Below, piece by piece: positions 11,046 through 22,475 of a stretch of 64,000 nucleotides of DNA. The position numbers and the translations under genes are program-made. The DNA is from an uncultured Thermoplasmata archaeon. GTDB lineage: Archaea; Thermoplasmatota; Thermoplasmata; Lutacidiplasmatales; UBA184. The stretch covers positions 53,622 to 117,621 of the forward strand of contig CAVVLW010000009.1 of the NCBI GenBank assembly GCA_963749205.1. The letters are read 5' to 3'. The notes beneath the pieces are model-generated. The model worked only from the letters and a program-made list of their open reading frames with translations, was not told the origin of the DNA and ran no database searches. How positions within the stretch are numbered: position 1 is the first letter of the stretch; the number at the start of each line of letters is the position of its first letter.

Positions 11046-14000
11046 CTACGGGTCGCGGGGCGGCCGACGGAAGGGCCAGAACGCGGCAGGAGGCGACGCG
11101 GCGGGGGCCGCCGCCGGAGCGGCGGCGGTCGCCCCGGGTACCGCTGGGGCGGGTTCTCCCTGGAGGAGGCGAAGAGCCTCACGCGCCTTCTCGAGGGCGG
11201 CCGGGTAATCCGACTCTCGGAGGCGGATGGATTCGGCGAGCAGCTGGCGGGCCTGGGTCGTGTCGACCCGGCTCTGGTGGGCGCGGGCGAGCGCCGCGTC
11301 GATCAGGTAGTGGAGGTTCAACAGCTCCCGGTGCAGCGACTTGCGAAGGTTCAGCTCTTCCTCGGCGGTAAGAAGGGCGCGCCCGGCGTCCAACAGGTGA
11401 CCTTCCCGCTCGAGCGCTTCGATCTCGTGGAGACGCTCTTGGACGGGTCCGACGCTGACATGGAGCCCTTCCTGGGCGAAGTTCAACTCGGTGGCGACCT
11501 CCTTGAGCCGTCGCGAGAACGGCTCGCGGACCGCCTTCACGAGGGCGGGGAGCGCTTCCGCGAGCAAGCGACTGGCTTCCTCGAGCTTGCCGGCATCGGT
11601 GGCGCTGCGGGCCTCGCTGAACGTTTGCATGACCGGGGTCGTGTCGAGTCCGAGTCGTTCGCCGACCCAGAGCTGCGCCTTCAGTTCGACGATCTGAGCT
11701 TCGACGCGTTCCCTTCGGTGGCGACGGAGGAGCTCGAGCTCGGAGCGAACGAGGTCGAGCGCGGCCGGGAAGTCGCGTTTCTCCCGGAGGGCCCCGAGGT
11801 GCCGGCGGACCTCCTCGCGGCGGGCGGATTCGGCCGCCGAGACGGCGCCGGTATGGAGGGCGTCCGCCTCGACCTCGCGCCAGCGGACGTCGACGACGGT
11901 CTCGAACGCGCGGCGGCTCGCGAGCTCGCCACGCTCGATCGCCTCGCGCGCCTGCTTCCATTCCCGGGCGCGGAGCGCGGACTCCCCTTCGGCCACGATC
12001 GCCTCGACGGGGTCGAGCTCGGTCGTGAGTTTCTCGCGACGGCCTTGTTCGACCACCCGGCGAAGCTCGCCGAGAGGGCCGGCGAAGAGCCGCTCGATCG
12101 CCCACCGGGCCATCTCGGTCGCCTCGCGGGCGGCCCGGATCGACTCCGGGTAGTGCCCACCGTCCGAACGCCGACGGGCGTCGGTGAGGCGCGCCGTCGC
12201 CTCGGTGCCGTCGGCGCCGAGCCCAGTCGCCTCCGAAAGCTGCCGCTCGGCCGCGGCGAGCGCGTCCTTGGCGCGGCGATGGTTCTCGCGGACGACACCG
12301 AGCGCGTCCGAAGCCGCGAGCGCGTGCTCGAGGACGGAAGGATAGGAGTGCTCTTGGAACGCGGTCTTCGCGGCAGCGACCTCTTCGGCCGCCTCGGGCG
12401 CGACCACCCCCTCGCTCTGAGCTCGATTCAGGGAGCGCTCGGCGGCCTGGACCGACCCCTCCGCCACGCGGCGCTGGAGGTCGGCCCGTTCGAGTTCGGA
12501 TTCGCTCCGGCCCGCGAGCTGGAGGGCTTCGACCGCCTTCCCTTCGTCGAGCGCGAGCCGGGCCTGGTGGAGGAGATTCTCGGCGATGGTCGTGTCCCCG
12601 CCTTCCCGGCGGAGCCGGGTGAGCATCGCCTGGAAGCTCGCGAGGGTCTTCGACACGTGTTGGTACGTCGCTTGCAACAGCTCCCGCTCGAGTGGGCCTC
12701 CGAGTTCGACGACTCGGGCGTACTGCCGCTGGGCGAGGCCGGTCTCCAACCGCTCCATCGCGGAGCGCAGCGAGGGGACCTCGACGTGGAGGAGGTCCGC
12801 CTGGGCGAGCGCCTCGCGCGCCCGTTTTGCGACCCGCTCGGCGTGTTCGACGAACCCGCGCGTGTCGACGAACTCGGCGCGCGCCTCGTCGAGGAGGGCC
12901 GCCGCGCCCGAGGGCACCGGGAGGGCGATGCGCCGCCGCGCCTCGGAGAGAGGCGCGAGGATGCGGTCGACGTCGACCCCGGCGCCCCGCGCGATGTCGA
13001 GGTCGCGTTCGAGTCCCCGCAGGTTCTCCTCCAGCACCGGACGCACGAGCGCGACGACCTCCTCGTGGACGATCCGTGCCTGGGTGCGGGTCGCCTCCGG
13101 GGGAGCGGTCGCCTGCTCGGTGCGCATCCCGGCGAGCCGCGACGCGAACGACTCCATCGGGATCCCCAGTCGGCGCCCGTCCTCGATCATCCGTTCGAGC
13201 TCGGTGAGGAATTTCCCGGTCTCGGCGCGGGCTTCCTCGTCCCCGAGGCCCCGCTGCACCGTCTCCAGTAACGCACGAGCTTGGTCGAAGTCGAGGGCCT
13301 GGAACGCGACACGCGCGTCGCGAAGTGGCTCGTAGAACGGGTTCGGGTCGGTACCGGACTCTCGGACGCGACCGAGCACTTCCTGGGCCCGGTTGAGTCC
13401 CTCTACGATCTCCTGGGCGGTGCTCCAGGTGCGCTGGGCCGCCTCCTCGAGCTGCGTCGCCGCCCGGTACGCCTCCGAGTACTCGCCGGCCCGCGCAGCG
13501 GATTGTGCGGAGTCGAGCTGCCCTCGGAATTTCATCAAGTCAAGACCCATCGTCTCCAGCTCCACGAGGGCGAGCTTCGCGTGGGAGACGGCCTCCTCGC
13601 TCCGCAGCAACTGTTGGCTCTGGGCGCGCTTGCGGATCTCCTGGGAGGCCCGCGACGCCTGGACGAAGTCGCCCATGTTGAAGATCTGTTGGACTTCGTC
13701 GATCTGTCGTTGGATCTCGTCGCCCGCGCCGCCCATGGCCTCTAGCACCTGTCCTTCGACCTCGAGCCCTTCGACAAGGGCGGAGGCGTGGGCGGCAAAG
13801 ACCGAGGCAAAATCCCGTTCGGCTCGCCGGAGACTTTCGATCGACCCGACCAGGTCCCGCTTGACCCGAAGCGTCACGTCCGCGTCGGCCAGGAGCCGGC
13901 GGGTAGGGGCTGCGAGCGCTTCGTCCGGGATGTCCGAGAAGCCGCGTTCCATCTCTTCGATGCGGCGGGCGACGTACGGTTCCGCGGCGGTGCGGAGGCC

Positions 14001-15570
14001 GACCTCGACCTTCGCGAGCTTTTCGACGCCCTCCGCGAGGTTCCCCGACTCGAGCAGGGCGTGGACCTCCGTCATCGCCGCGTCCGTTTCCGCCGGTAGG
14101 AACCCACGCTCGCGGGCGTACCCCCGGACCCCGTCCAGCGAATTCCATCGTTGGAGGAAGAACTGCAGCGCCTCGCGGCCGATCGCGAGGACGGTCTCCT
14201 GCAGCAGCTGACGGGCCGCCGGCGCCTCGGCCCGCTCGATGTGCGTGCGGACGCGTTGGATCTGCGTGTCGAACGTCTCCGTAGCGAAGTGGACGCGCCG
14301 CAATCGTTCGAGCATCTCCTCGACCGCGGCGAGTTCGTCGCGCACCGTGTCGAGGTCCTCGGTGAGCTGGCCGACTCGGTCGACCGCCTCCTGGCTTGCG
14401 GCCAGCGCCTCGGAATAGATCTTCAGGCGGAGCGCCTCGCGCGCGCGATTCATCGCGGCGAATACCGTCGCTCGGGTCCCGGCCGAGGCGGCGGGCCTCG
14501 GCGATCCTCGGTCGGACCTCGTCCAATAGGCCCGCGACGACCGCCACGATCGGCTCTTCCGCGGCGCGCCGGGCCTCGGTGAGGAGCGGGGTGATCTCAA
14601 GCGGGGAGGCGGTGGTCAGGCGTGCGGAAGCTTCCTCGACCGCCTGCTGGGCGGTCGTCGGGTCCACCCCATACTCCCGCGTCGCGGTCAGGGCCGTCGT
14701 CAGCGAGTCGAGCGCCTGGATCCCACGTTCACGGAGCCCTTCCCCGACGTCGACCAACGCGTCCTCCATCGCTCGCACCGTTTCGGGCCAGCGTTCGGTC
14801 GTCGCATCGGTGTCGGCGAGAACCGCCGTGTCGAGCTTCGACGTGGTTGCCCCGTACTCGCGGGCCGCGGCCACCATTCGGGCCGCGGCCGCGCGCACGT
14901 CGTCGCGGCGGGTCTGCGCCTCGGGCAGCCCTTCGGCGAGCGAGCGGCGGATCTGGTCGATCGCCTCGACCACCCTGCCTTCGGCCGCGGGGGCGGACGC
15001 GGCGTCGATCAGCTCCTCGAATTCCTTCCGACGTTCGGGCGAAAGAACGGCCCAGTCTGCGACCTCCAGCGCTCGGGTCCGTGCAAGGGTGACATGCTCC
15101 TGCTGGGCGGTCGCGAGGGCGGCCTCGACCTTCGCGAGGCGTCCGACGTGGTCCGCCCACGAGGCACCTTCCGGAGGGCGCTCGAGCTGACGGAGTTCCT
15201 TCTCCACTTCCGGAGGCACGGTGATGCCGGCGCCGGCGAGGCTGCCCGCGGCCTCCACCGTGCGTTTCCGGCGGGACTCGATCGTGCTCGGGACGGTCTT
15301 GCCGAGATAGTCCGAGAGCGCCTTGGCCTGAAGCTCGACCCCATCCCAGTCGGAACGACGGGCGAGCTCGCGCAACTGGACCAACCGTTCCGGGGCCTCG
15401 GGAGGAGAGATCCCCAGGGTCTCGAGGAGCGTGACCTGCTCTTCGACTTCTTTTTGCAAGGCTTCTGCGGACTGCCGCTTTTTCTTGAGGGCCTCGGCCT
15501 TCTCCTGGAGGATCCGGGTGAGGCGGGAGGACCCGACGCTGCCGATATTACCGGGCCCTGACGTTGGACT
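11046..15570 (-). CDS. giant (~1500 aa) alpha-helical repeat / coiled-coil protein, frameshifted near 14470
   Basis: ORFs 13540-15459 and 11046-14600 join into one Ala/Glu/Arg-rich helical protein with recurring G-x-D...A..LL..A..A...G.Y..A units. Start uncertain. Confidence 0.75.
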
Positions 15571-15706
15571 CCCCCTAGACCCCCAGAACCGTACAACAGC
15601 GATCGGGCATCCGGGGCAATCGATTCATGCCCGGACCCCCTTATAAATCAAGCGCGGAGCTCCCTCGGTGGCAGCGTGCGGGACGGGGGGCCGGCGACCC
15701 CGACGA

Positions 15707-16093
15707 TTACTTCCGGGTGATCCGGCGTTTTCCCATCGCATCGAGGTACTGCACCTCGCCGCCCGGAGAGAGCTGGCCCTTGACATCCGGCTCGAGCGCG
15801 AGGAAGAACGTCTCGTACGTTTCGAGGTCCATCAACTGGACCTCGGTCTCGGTGAGGGAGAGGACCTGAGCCGACCGTTTTCCGATGAGGGGGACCTGGA
15901 CCTTGTGGGTCACCGGGAACACGACGCTGCGCTTGCGTTCGTCGAAGATCCCCATCGCGTCGATCCGGGCCTTCGCTTCCCCGTGCTTCCCCGGTTTCGA
16001 CATCTGAATGCTGAGGATGCGGCACGGCTCCTCGTCGATGAGCATGTACCGCCCTTCCCTCAGTTCGCGAACTTCCTGTTGGGTCCAGGCCAT
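15707..16093 (-). CDS. eif5a: translation initiation/elongation factor 5A
   Basis: Hypusine loop [12 protein letters not shown]; [11 protein letters not shown]. Confidence 0.97.
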   Translation of the reverse strand: MAWTQQEVRELREGRYMLIDEEPCRILSIQMSKPGKHGEAKARIDAMGIFDERKRSVVFPVTHKVQVPLIGKRSAQVLSLTETEVQLMDLETYETFFLALEPDVKGQLSPGGEVQYLDAMGKRRITRK

Positions 16094-16235
16094 CGAGACT
16101 CCTCGGCCGGTCGGGGAGGTTCGGGGCGGCATAACCCTTGCGTGAACTGAGCAGAGACTCGGGCCATCCCCTCGGGCCGAGGGTTTATTCGCGGGCTCCT
16201 GCCTAATGAGTTACCGGACCCGCGGTGACCAGCTG

Positions 16236-19200
16236 ATGGCGACGCTTTCCGAGAAGCTGAACCCCGCGGCAATCGAGCAAGAGGTCCGGACTCTCTGGAC
16301 CGCCCAGGGGTTGCCGCCCCCGCAGGAACCGATCGGGCCCCCTGAGGGACGGGTCGCGCACCAATTCCTCGGGGCGTTCGCGCCGCAGGAGGCGGGTACC
16401 TCGTCGCCCAACGGGCGATCGCCGCCGACGTGGATGCCCGTGCGATGGCCCTCGCCGGTCGCCGTTCCCGGGGCGTCCTGAGGAAGGAAGAAGGGGGTCC
16501 GGCAACGCCTACTCCCCGGATGGAACCGGTACTCACCGCGCTGGGGGTCTGGGTCGGGGGTCTCGACGGTCATCCGTGGGATGGCCTTCCCCGTCGGGCC
16601 GAGGTGCAAACGCTCGTTGGACGACTCGCGCACATGGGCGCGCTCGCCGTCCGCGACGTTTCGCTCCGGATCTGTCCCGCCTGCGGGATGGCCCGGTCTC
16701 CCGAGCGCATCGTCTACCAGGAGGAGAACGGGGAGACGTTGCTCGTCCGTTTCGCCTTCCCGGACAAGGACCGTGCGGTTTCCGCGCTCGTTTGGACCGA
16801 CGCGGCCTGGCGCCTTCTCGGCACGAGCGCCCTGATGGTCCACCCCGAGCTCCCGTACGTGATCGCGCGTTATCAACGCCGGGGGCTGGACGAGCTCGTC
16901 TTCACGTCGAAGTCGTCCCTCGAGCGACTCCGGGGTTGGCTGCCCGGCGCGGAGTTCGAGGTACTCGAGGAGCATCCGGGCCGCCACTGGGAAGGAACGG
17001 CGTACGTCCACCCGTTGCGCCACGAGTTCCCGATGGGGGGGAATCTCGAGCCACCGGGCGGAACGATCGTCTCCGTCGCCGACGTCAGCGATACGGGAAC
17101 TGGGGTGGTCCCCCTCGTCCCCGGTCACGGAGGCACGGACACTCAGATCGCCGACCGACTGAACGTTCCCGGCTGGCCACTCATCACCCCGAAGGGGCGG
17201 TTCGACGTCCTTTTCGTGCACAAGTACGCCGGCCTCGAGCTCGAAAGCGGCAGTCAATTTGCGGTCCGCGACCTGGACGAGGACGGCGCGATCTTCGCGC
17301 GCCTCCGGGTCCGACGGGGAGTCCCGCATTGCGTCCGATGCGGCACTCCGCTGATCTGGGCCCCGGGACGGGCATGGTGCCTCGAGCCGTCACGCCTCCC
17401 GGCCGAGCGGGTCGCGCTCTACCGTTCGTTGCTCCCCCGCGACCGTGCGATCGAAAAGCTCGAGGCCGTTCCGTGGCCGGTCAGCGAGCCCCAGCGGAGC
17501 GACGACCCGCTCGCGATCTCGCTGCTCGAGTGCACCTCCTGCGATCGGCTCGAGGCGTTGGGAAAGGAAAACGAGCGCTGCGTGTGCGGCGGACGCCGGC
17601 GGGTCGTCCGCCGTCACCTCCTTCCGGCGTTCGATGCGGCCGCGGCATCCTGGGCGTCCGTCGACCCGTTTCCCACCGCCGATACCGCGCGCCTCTACGT
17701 GAACGAACGCCGCCGCGCACCCACGGTCGTGCACCACATCGCCGCGATGAGCGGGGTCGGCGGGAACGTCGGCGAGGTCCGGCTCACCCTCCTTCCGACC
17801 GTTCCCGATGCGGACCTCCTCCCGCTGATCGCCGCGCACGGGGCGGACGCGGTGCGCGCTGCGTTGGTCCGAGCTCAAGACTCGGAAGGAGCGACCGCGA
17901 CGTTCGCTGAGCGGTGTGCTCAGGAAGGTCGACGTCTGGAATCGTTCTGGCTGACCGCACGCGCGGTCCTGGCTTCGATCGATGATGCGACGCTCTCCAC
18001 CTACGCGCAGCCGATCGGAGGCTCGCTCGGGGACCTCGAGCCGGAGGACCGGGCGCTCCTCGCGCGATTCGAGCGCCTGCGGATCCAGTGCGTCGTCGAC
18101 TTCGACCGCTCGGCCCCGCACCTCGTCCACCGGCACCTCTTCCGGTTCCTGGAGAACGATTTCGCGGCGTACCGCGAGTGGGTGGCCCCGCGGGTTGCGC
18201 TCGAAGGGACCCCTCCCTCCAAACGAGCCGCGTTGCACACGCTCGTCCACACGCTATTCAGCTGCACGCAACTCCTCGGTCCCATCGCTCCCCACACTTC
18301 CGAAGCGGTGCACCGCGCCCTGCGTCGGAGCCGAGCGAGCCTGTTCCAGGAGCCGGCGGTCGAGGTCGACCGGGCTCTTCTCGACCCCGCGCGGGCGAAG
18401 GCGTGGGACCGGTGGATTTCGGTGATTCGAGCGCTCGAGCGTTTTCGGCGACAGGCGGGCGTCCCGCCGAACGGGCCGATCCCGTCGGTCGCTCTCGTCC
18501 TCGACTCGGAGGCGGTCGCCGAGGAGTATCGCGCTGAAGCTCCGACCCTCGAGCGGCTGGCTCGGGTCCGGAAGCTCGAGGTCGGTTCGGCCGGCGCCCC
18601 CTGGGCGGGGCGGCGGCGGCAGCTGCGACCGCGGGAGGCCGAGATCCAGCGCGTCTACGCGAGCCGGGCGGCTCAGATCATCCACCTGTTGCGACGCATG
18701 CCCGAACGAAAGGGGACGGACCCAGAGTCGGGCCCGGGTTTCACGATGATCGTGAACGGGCAGCCCACCCAGATCCTCCCATCGATGATCGCCTGGGAGG
18801 AGACGCTCCCCGAACGATTCGTTCCCGTCGATTGGCCCTCCGGCGAGCTGTACGCGGAGTTGCCCGCCGGGTGCGCGCTCCCACGGGCGCCGCCGCCCCC
18901 GCTTTCGCCCGACGCGTTCCGGGTGGTGGCCCGGATCGGGCAGCGTGTTCGGTCCGTTCCCGCGAGCGCGCCCCCGGTCGTGATCCTCGCTGCGCCGCCG
19001 CCGCTCGCCACGGAGCTCTCGAACGTTTTGGGCCGCGTCGGAAACTATCTCGGCCTCGCAGAGCTGCGGATCGTGGCGTCCGACAGCGAGCTGCCGACCC
19101 ACGGACGCGGATTCGGCCGGACCAAATCCGGAACGGCTTGGTCGTTCTACGTGTCCGACCGGAGCGGCGACGTCGCGCCCGTCGAAGCTGCGCTCGGTGC

Positions 19201-21221
19201 GGTCCCACGGCGGCCGCGTGCGCCCCGCGTTCGCGCCCGGGGACCTCGCCCCCACGGTCCAGAACTACGCCGACGCCGAGGTGATCTCCCGCGAGACCGC
19301 GGTCCGGGCCCTCGGGGAGGAGCTGGACGAGATCCTGGGGGCTCCCCTGCTCGGCCCCACGAAAGTGGCGGCGGCCTGGGATGCAGGCCTCCGGAACATC
19401 GACGCTTTCCGGGAAGCCCCCTGGATCACCCTCGTGGGACTCCCCGGGTTCGGAGTCCCGGTGGCGACGGCGCTCGTCACGAAGTTTGGGGGAACGGTGC
19501 CCCCGAGGCCCCCAGCCCCGAGTCGGCGCGGGGGTCCGCAACCGCCGGGTGACGTGGACGACGCCGGACCCCCCGGTCATCCTCAATGGGTCGAGCCCGG
19601 CGTTCGAGTCACCGCCGCGCTGCCTCCCACTTTCGTGGTGGTTCGGCCGCCGCTTGTGGTTCCCCCTTCTCCTCCCGCGTCGTCCTATCTCCCCCTCACG
19701 CCGCCGCCCGCCACTCCGATGTTGGGAGGTCCCGCGCCGACCGCTCCCCTGCCGGCGCCGCTCCTGCCCGAGATCGCTCCCGTGATCGAGGTCGTAGCCA
19801 CGGAAAATGAGGCGACATCGCCGACGGTGCCGCTCGCGCCTCCGGCCGCAAGGGACGAACCCGGGGGTCTCTCGCCCGCTCCTACCGAACTCCCCGACGA
19901 ACTGCTCCCTCCCATGGTCGAATCCGCCGTCGCAGCCGAATCCGCACCCCCGCCCCGGATTCGGAGCTCACCGAGGAGCCGATTTCGCCCGCTCCCGCAG
20001 AAGACGAGTCGTGGCAACCCGCGCCCGGCATGCCACCGGAGTTACCCGCCACAGAAGGGGAAGCACCGGAAACGGGGCAGCCCGCAACGCCGGTATCCGT
20101 GGAAACGGGAGACGAGGTCGCTCCAACTACTCCGGCCGAGCACGTTCTCGAAGAGACCGGTCTGCCGAGCGAGTCGCCGTCAGTGACAGTATCCGAGCCC
20201 GCGCCGGACGTTCCTTCCGCGGAGGAGGGCGTTGGGCTCCGACCCGAGGAACTCGACATGCCGGCGAGCGGAGCCCGAACTGATTCCCGTCGCTGCGTCG
20301 CCGGATCTCCTGGCGCCTTCCGGGCCACCGGAGGTCCCTACCCCGGAAATGGATCCGACGCCGGTGACGGGACCAGAACCGGCGCCGGTCACCAAGTCCA
20401 CGGATCTCATGCCAGCTTCCGGAGCGCCGGAGCTCCCGACGATCGTCGAACCGGAGCTGCCGAGCCCGGGCGTGGAACCGCAATCCCTCGCCCCCCCCGC
20501 AATCGCTGCGTCAGAGACACCTCCCACGACGCTGCCACCGGAGCCGTCGCCGGGGCCCCCGACGTCCCAACTTCGGGTCGAGCCGATCGCAGGATTCCCT
20601 CCGCCCCCACCCGCAGAACCGACCCCGCTGGCGCCCGAACTGCCTCCTCCGCCCTCACTCGCGGTGGGAGCGGCTCCACCGGCCCCGTCGATCGCGGAGG
20701 CGCTGGGTTTTCCCCCGATCGAGAACGCCCTTACGGTGCCGGCGCCGGAGGCGCCCCCCGCACCGCCTACGGGGGGGATCGACCTCGCCGTCGGTCCGAG
20801 CTACTTCCCCTCCCTCGAACGATTCCTCGAAGCGACGGCGGCGGGCCACCAGGGCATCTGCGTCGTGCGAGATTCGCCCGAGAGGGTTCGAGCGTATGTC
20901 GGTTCGAGGCCGGTCGAGATACGGTGGCTCACGAACATCGGCCGCGGACCGACCTTGAAACCGAGCGACCTCGATGGATTTTCCGCGTTCCTCGCCCACG
21001 CGGTCTCCACCGGTCACGTCACCGCGTTCTTCCTCGAAGGCGTCGAGTACCTCGTCCGGTTGCACGGGCTCGACCGGGTCGTGGAACGGATGGTCGACTT
21101 CGACCGGCTCGCGCGCGAGCACTCCGCGCGCGTCTGGGTCCCGCTCAACCCGAAGCTGCTCTCGCCCGCCGAGCTGGACCGGTTCGTGACCGCGTTCGGG
21201 GGGGGGACGCCCATCTCTTGA
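16236..21221 (+). CDS. degenerate isoleucyl-tRNA synthetase paralog fused to HhH, Pro/Glu-rich linker and DUF835 (several frameshifts)
   Basis: IEQEVRTLW N-terminus, CP1-like WTDAAW and GTGVVPLVPGHGGTD, Zn knuckles, HGADAVR, LGPIAPHTSE. HIGH and KMSKS are absent. HhH (LGPTK...LPGFG) near 19350-19490; DUF835 (WLTN, FLEGVEYL) near 20780-21221. Confidence 0.8.
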
Positions 21222-21297
21222 CGGGCGGCGCTGCGGCATCTGCCCCCGGAAATTGCAAAAGATAGGTTGATTAGCAATCAGCAGCGTGGGCCTGCAG

Positions 21298-22047
21298 ATG
21301 GGAGCTTCCGCGCGGCCGCCGTTCCGGCGCCGGGCGGCCGTTGTGGTCGGGTTCGTTTCCCTCGCCCTTGCTTTCCTCGTGGTCGCACCCATGGGAGCCC
21401 TCGCGGCTCCCTCGAATGCGTCTCCCCTCACCATCAAAGAAGGTCCGGCGGTCGGCGAGCTGACCGCACGCGCGCTCTGGAACGGGGTCAACATTGTCAC
21501 CGCGAACACGACCAGTTCGGCGTTTCACATCTCCTTCAATGGCGCGGTCAACGTAGTCTACACCTTTGCGCAGCCGCCGGGGGCGGGGGCCGCTTGGTCG
21601 ATCAATGATGCTCGCCTTCAGATCTTCTACTTCGGCTTCGCCCTTGGCACCCGCGACATCACCGAATCGGTCGGAATGGTATCGGGCACCATCACCATGG
21701 GTAACTGGAGCACGGGACCTCTGCAGTACATCCTCGCCGGGACGTACCTCCTGACGGCGAGTCTGATCGCGGTGAACGGCACCACGGCCTGGAGCCAGTC
21801 GTTCTGGGTCGACGTGGCCGCGCCGTACTACATCCTGGCGCTCCTCCCGATCGTACTGATCTTGCTCTCGGTCTACGAGGCCTACGCTCTCTGCTGCTCC
21901 GGAAAACACGTCTCGAGGGGCAAAGTACCCGGCGGTGGCACCCCGCCCGCGACCCCGGCCTCCACGGGGGGCGGGGGGTCGGGCCGGGTCATGGAACCTC
22001 CCGACCCCGCGGTTGCGTCCACCCCACCGCCCGGAGGAGCGACGTGA
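21298..22047 (+). CDS. secreted/membrane-anchored hypothetical protein
   Basis: Signal-peptide-like N-terminus, beta-rich middle, C-terminal TM helix and Pro/Gly tail. Confidence 0.75.
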   Translation: MGASARPPFRRRAAVVVGFVSLALAFLVVAPMGALAAPSNASPLTIKEGPAVGELTARALWNGVNIVTANTTSSAFHISFNGAVNVVYTFAQPPGAGAAWSINDARLQIFYFGFALGTRDITESVGMVSGTITMGNWSTGPLQYILAGTYLLTASLIAVNGTTAWSQSFWVDVAAPYYILALLPIVLILLSVYEAYALCCSGKHVSRGKVPGGGTPPATPASTGGGGSGRVMEPPDPAVASTPPPGGAT

Positions 22048-22304
22048 GCGCGACCTCGGCCGGTACCAGCAGCGGCGTCGTGCTCGGGATCGCGCTCGTC
22101 CTTCTTGGCCAGCAGTTCGGTTACTACAGCCTGAGCGACCTGATTCCCGCGATCGAGTACATTCTGATCGCGGCGGTCATCGGCGGCCTCGTCGGCGCCG
22201 TCATCGGCTACGCACTGGGTCGCCTGTATCTTCACCGGCACCCGCCCGTCGACCCGACGACCGCAACGGATGCGGCAGGCACCGGCGCGAGCCCGCCCCA
22301 ATAG
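22044..22304 (+). CDS. small two-TM membrane protein
   Basis: Two hydrophobic helices; GTGA overlap with the upstream gene. Confidence 0.7.
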   Translation: MSATSAGTSSGVVLGIALVLLGQQFGYYSLSDLIPAIEYILIAAVIGGLVGAVIGYALGRLYLHRHPPVDPTTATDAAGTGASPPQ

Positions 22305-22475
22305 ATACCCGCCACCCAACGCATACTCCCACCCTGCGGGCTTAGGGTTAAATCCGAGGGGGAACCCTTGGCAACGGTGCGGGAGGCGAGTCACATCGCC
22401 ACCGGCTTCAATGACGGTCTGCCCTCCCTACTCAGCACCGCATGGAAGGGTCCGGCGACCGAGGGACCCCTCTCT

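Noticed and set aside
10806-13271. Long antisense/alternate-frame ORFs (e.g. the 821-aa plus-strand ORF)
   Set aside because: Shadow ORFs of high-GC coding sequence; the opposite-strand frame carries the coherent protein.
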